Under the pieces are notes generated by a model. It had not been told where the DNA came from. It saw only the letters and a program-made list of their open reading frames with translations, and searched no databases. Shown one piece after another: positions 37,444-38,589 of a stretch of 38,589 nucleotides of DNA (the first letter of the stretch is position 1; every line of letters starts with the position of its first letter). Source of the DNA: Lama guanicoe (Eukaryota); NCBI GenBank assembly GCA_013239625.1, contig MU053792.1, positions 1,320,112-1,358,700 of the forward strand. The letters run 5' to 3'. Made by a program: the position numbers and the translations under genes.

Positions 37444-37658
37444 ATGAAGAAGAGACTTGCTAAGTTCGTGAGCTGGGTGGGCTTCAGCGCCCGTCAGAGA
37501 GCGCGCAGGGTTTGTGAGAAGCCCGTGCCTGGGTATCACGTCCATAAGAGTGAGCTAAAGGAGTTCCACAGAGCCGCATATTTAGGTGCCAGTTGTACAG
37601 TGGAGGAGTTGCTGTCTTGTAAGAAAAATGTCGTAGACAGCAGAGACAGGAAGAACAG
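37444..37658 (+). CDS. ANKRD26: ANKRD26-like ankyrin repeat protein, coding exon 1
   Basis: ATG at 37444. Reads MKKRLAKF...PVPGYHVHKSELKEFHRAAYLGASCTVEELLSCKKNVVDSRDRKN(R), matching the ANKRD26/POTE exon 1 motif PGYHVRDRDLGKIHKAA...NDRDKMNR. Phase-2 donor ag|gtaaca. A divergent paralogue, not necessarily the orthologue. Confidence 0.85.
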
Positions 37659-37884
37659 GTAACAGCAGCGGGGCGTGGCGGGCCTGGGAGGAGCTGCCAA
37701 CTATGGCTGTAAGACATGAATTTTAAACTGCCTTCCCATGTCAGAGATGTTGAAGTGTGAGACAATGAGCATGTTAGAATCATTGAAGTACAGTGTTCTC
37801 TCTCATCCTTGCAGCAACAAAGTAGATACACTATCATTTTACTTAATTGAAATGTTGTCTTTGTAAGATAGTAACAGTAACAAT

Positions 37885-38125
37885 TATAGTATTACCTAAC
37901 AATTATTGAGCTGTTAGTTTGTGCAAGGAACTGCCAGACACCTTGCATAGCTTTTCATTTAAGCATCACAGTGGCATCCTATAAGATAACTACTACTTCA
38001 TGCCCGTTTTGTTGATGAGGAAATTGAGGCACAGTCAGGCTAAGTGAGAGCTAATAAGGGACAGTGTTAAAGTAGAAGTCAGACCCAAGTTGAGCTGAAT
38101 CTCAATGGCATGCCCTTTCTATTCA
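37885..38125 (-). mobile_element. MIR fragment in ANKRD26-like intron 1
   Basis: cccgttttgttgatgaggaaattgaggcacag is the antisense MIR core. Confidence 0.65.
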
Positions 38126-38327
38126 AACAGGTAGTTCTTCCATTAATGTGGTGAGTAATAAGAGCTAATAAATATTGTTCTTTCCCCATAAAAGGAACTA
38201 AAATAAGAAAACTAAATGTTAGTTTTAAAGGGGTAGGAATAGCATGCTGTTGAATGTTGACAATTACGTAACTGTGTCTTTGAACTAGTAAGCTCTGATT
38301 TCCTAAACAGTCCTCTTATGTTCACAG

Positions 38328-38442
38328 GACTGCCCTACACTTAGCCTGCACCAGAGGCCAGTCATCAGTGGTGGCTCTCCTTATCCAGTGGAAGTGTGAT
38401 CTGAATGCTCGTGATGAGGAAGGCAAGACAGCTCTCATCAAG
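38328..38442 (+). CDS. ANKRD26: ANKRD26-like coding exon 2 (115 bp)
   Basis: Acceptor ttcacag|g. Reads (R)TALHLACTRGQSSVVALLIQWKCDLNARDEEGKTALIK, a canonical ankyrin repeat, in frame with exon 1. Donor |gtgtgt. Confidence 0.9.
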
Positions 38443-38479
38443 GTGTGTAGCAGCCAACCGTGAATAGTCTGTTTCATGA

Positions 38480-38589
<110 letters not shown>

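Overview
Mammalian genomic DNA, not prokaryotic. It is probably camelid, because a Vic-1-type tRNA-derived SINE sits at about 19.0 kb. Almost all ORFs in the six-frame track are chance ORFs or L1 debris. The real content is a mosaic of intron-containing gene fragments, all on the + strand: (1) one orphan CD109 exon (2723-2842); (2) a 5'-truncated, disrupted ANKRD26-family copy (exons at 7648, 11853, 12749 and 13153) with an antisense mRNA-like insert in one intron; (3) six consecutive degenerate COL12A1 fibronectin type III exons (18818-23415); (4) an ~11 kb LTR/L1-rich block; and (5) the promoter and first three coding exons of a second, divergent ANKRD26-like gene (37444 to the window end), whose frame is open but whose intron 2 is only 46 nt. 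Six near-identical head-to-tail duplications and a 133-N gap suggest assembly artefacts or collapsed paralogues. Gene and repeat identities come from my recall of human protein and repeat consensus sequences, not from a database search. I see no well-supported novel biochemical system. The best lead is a segmental-duplication hub around ANKRD26-like genes that may allow chimeric splicing.
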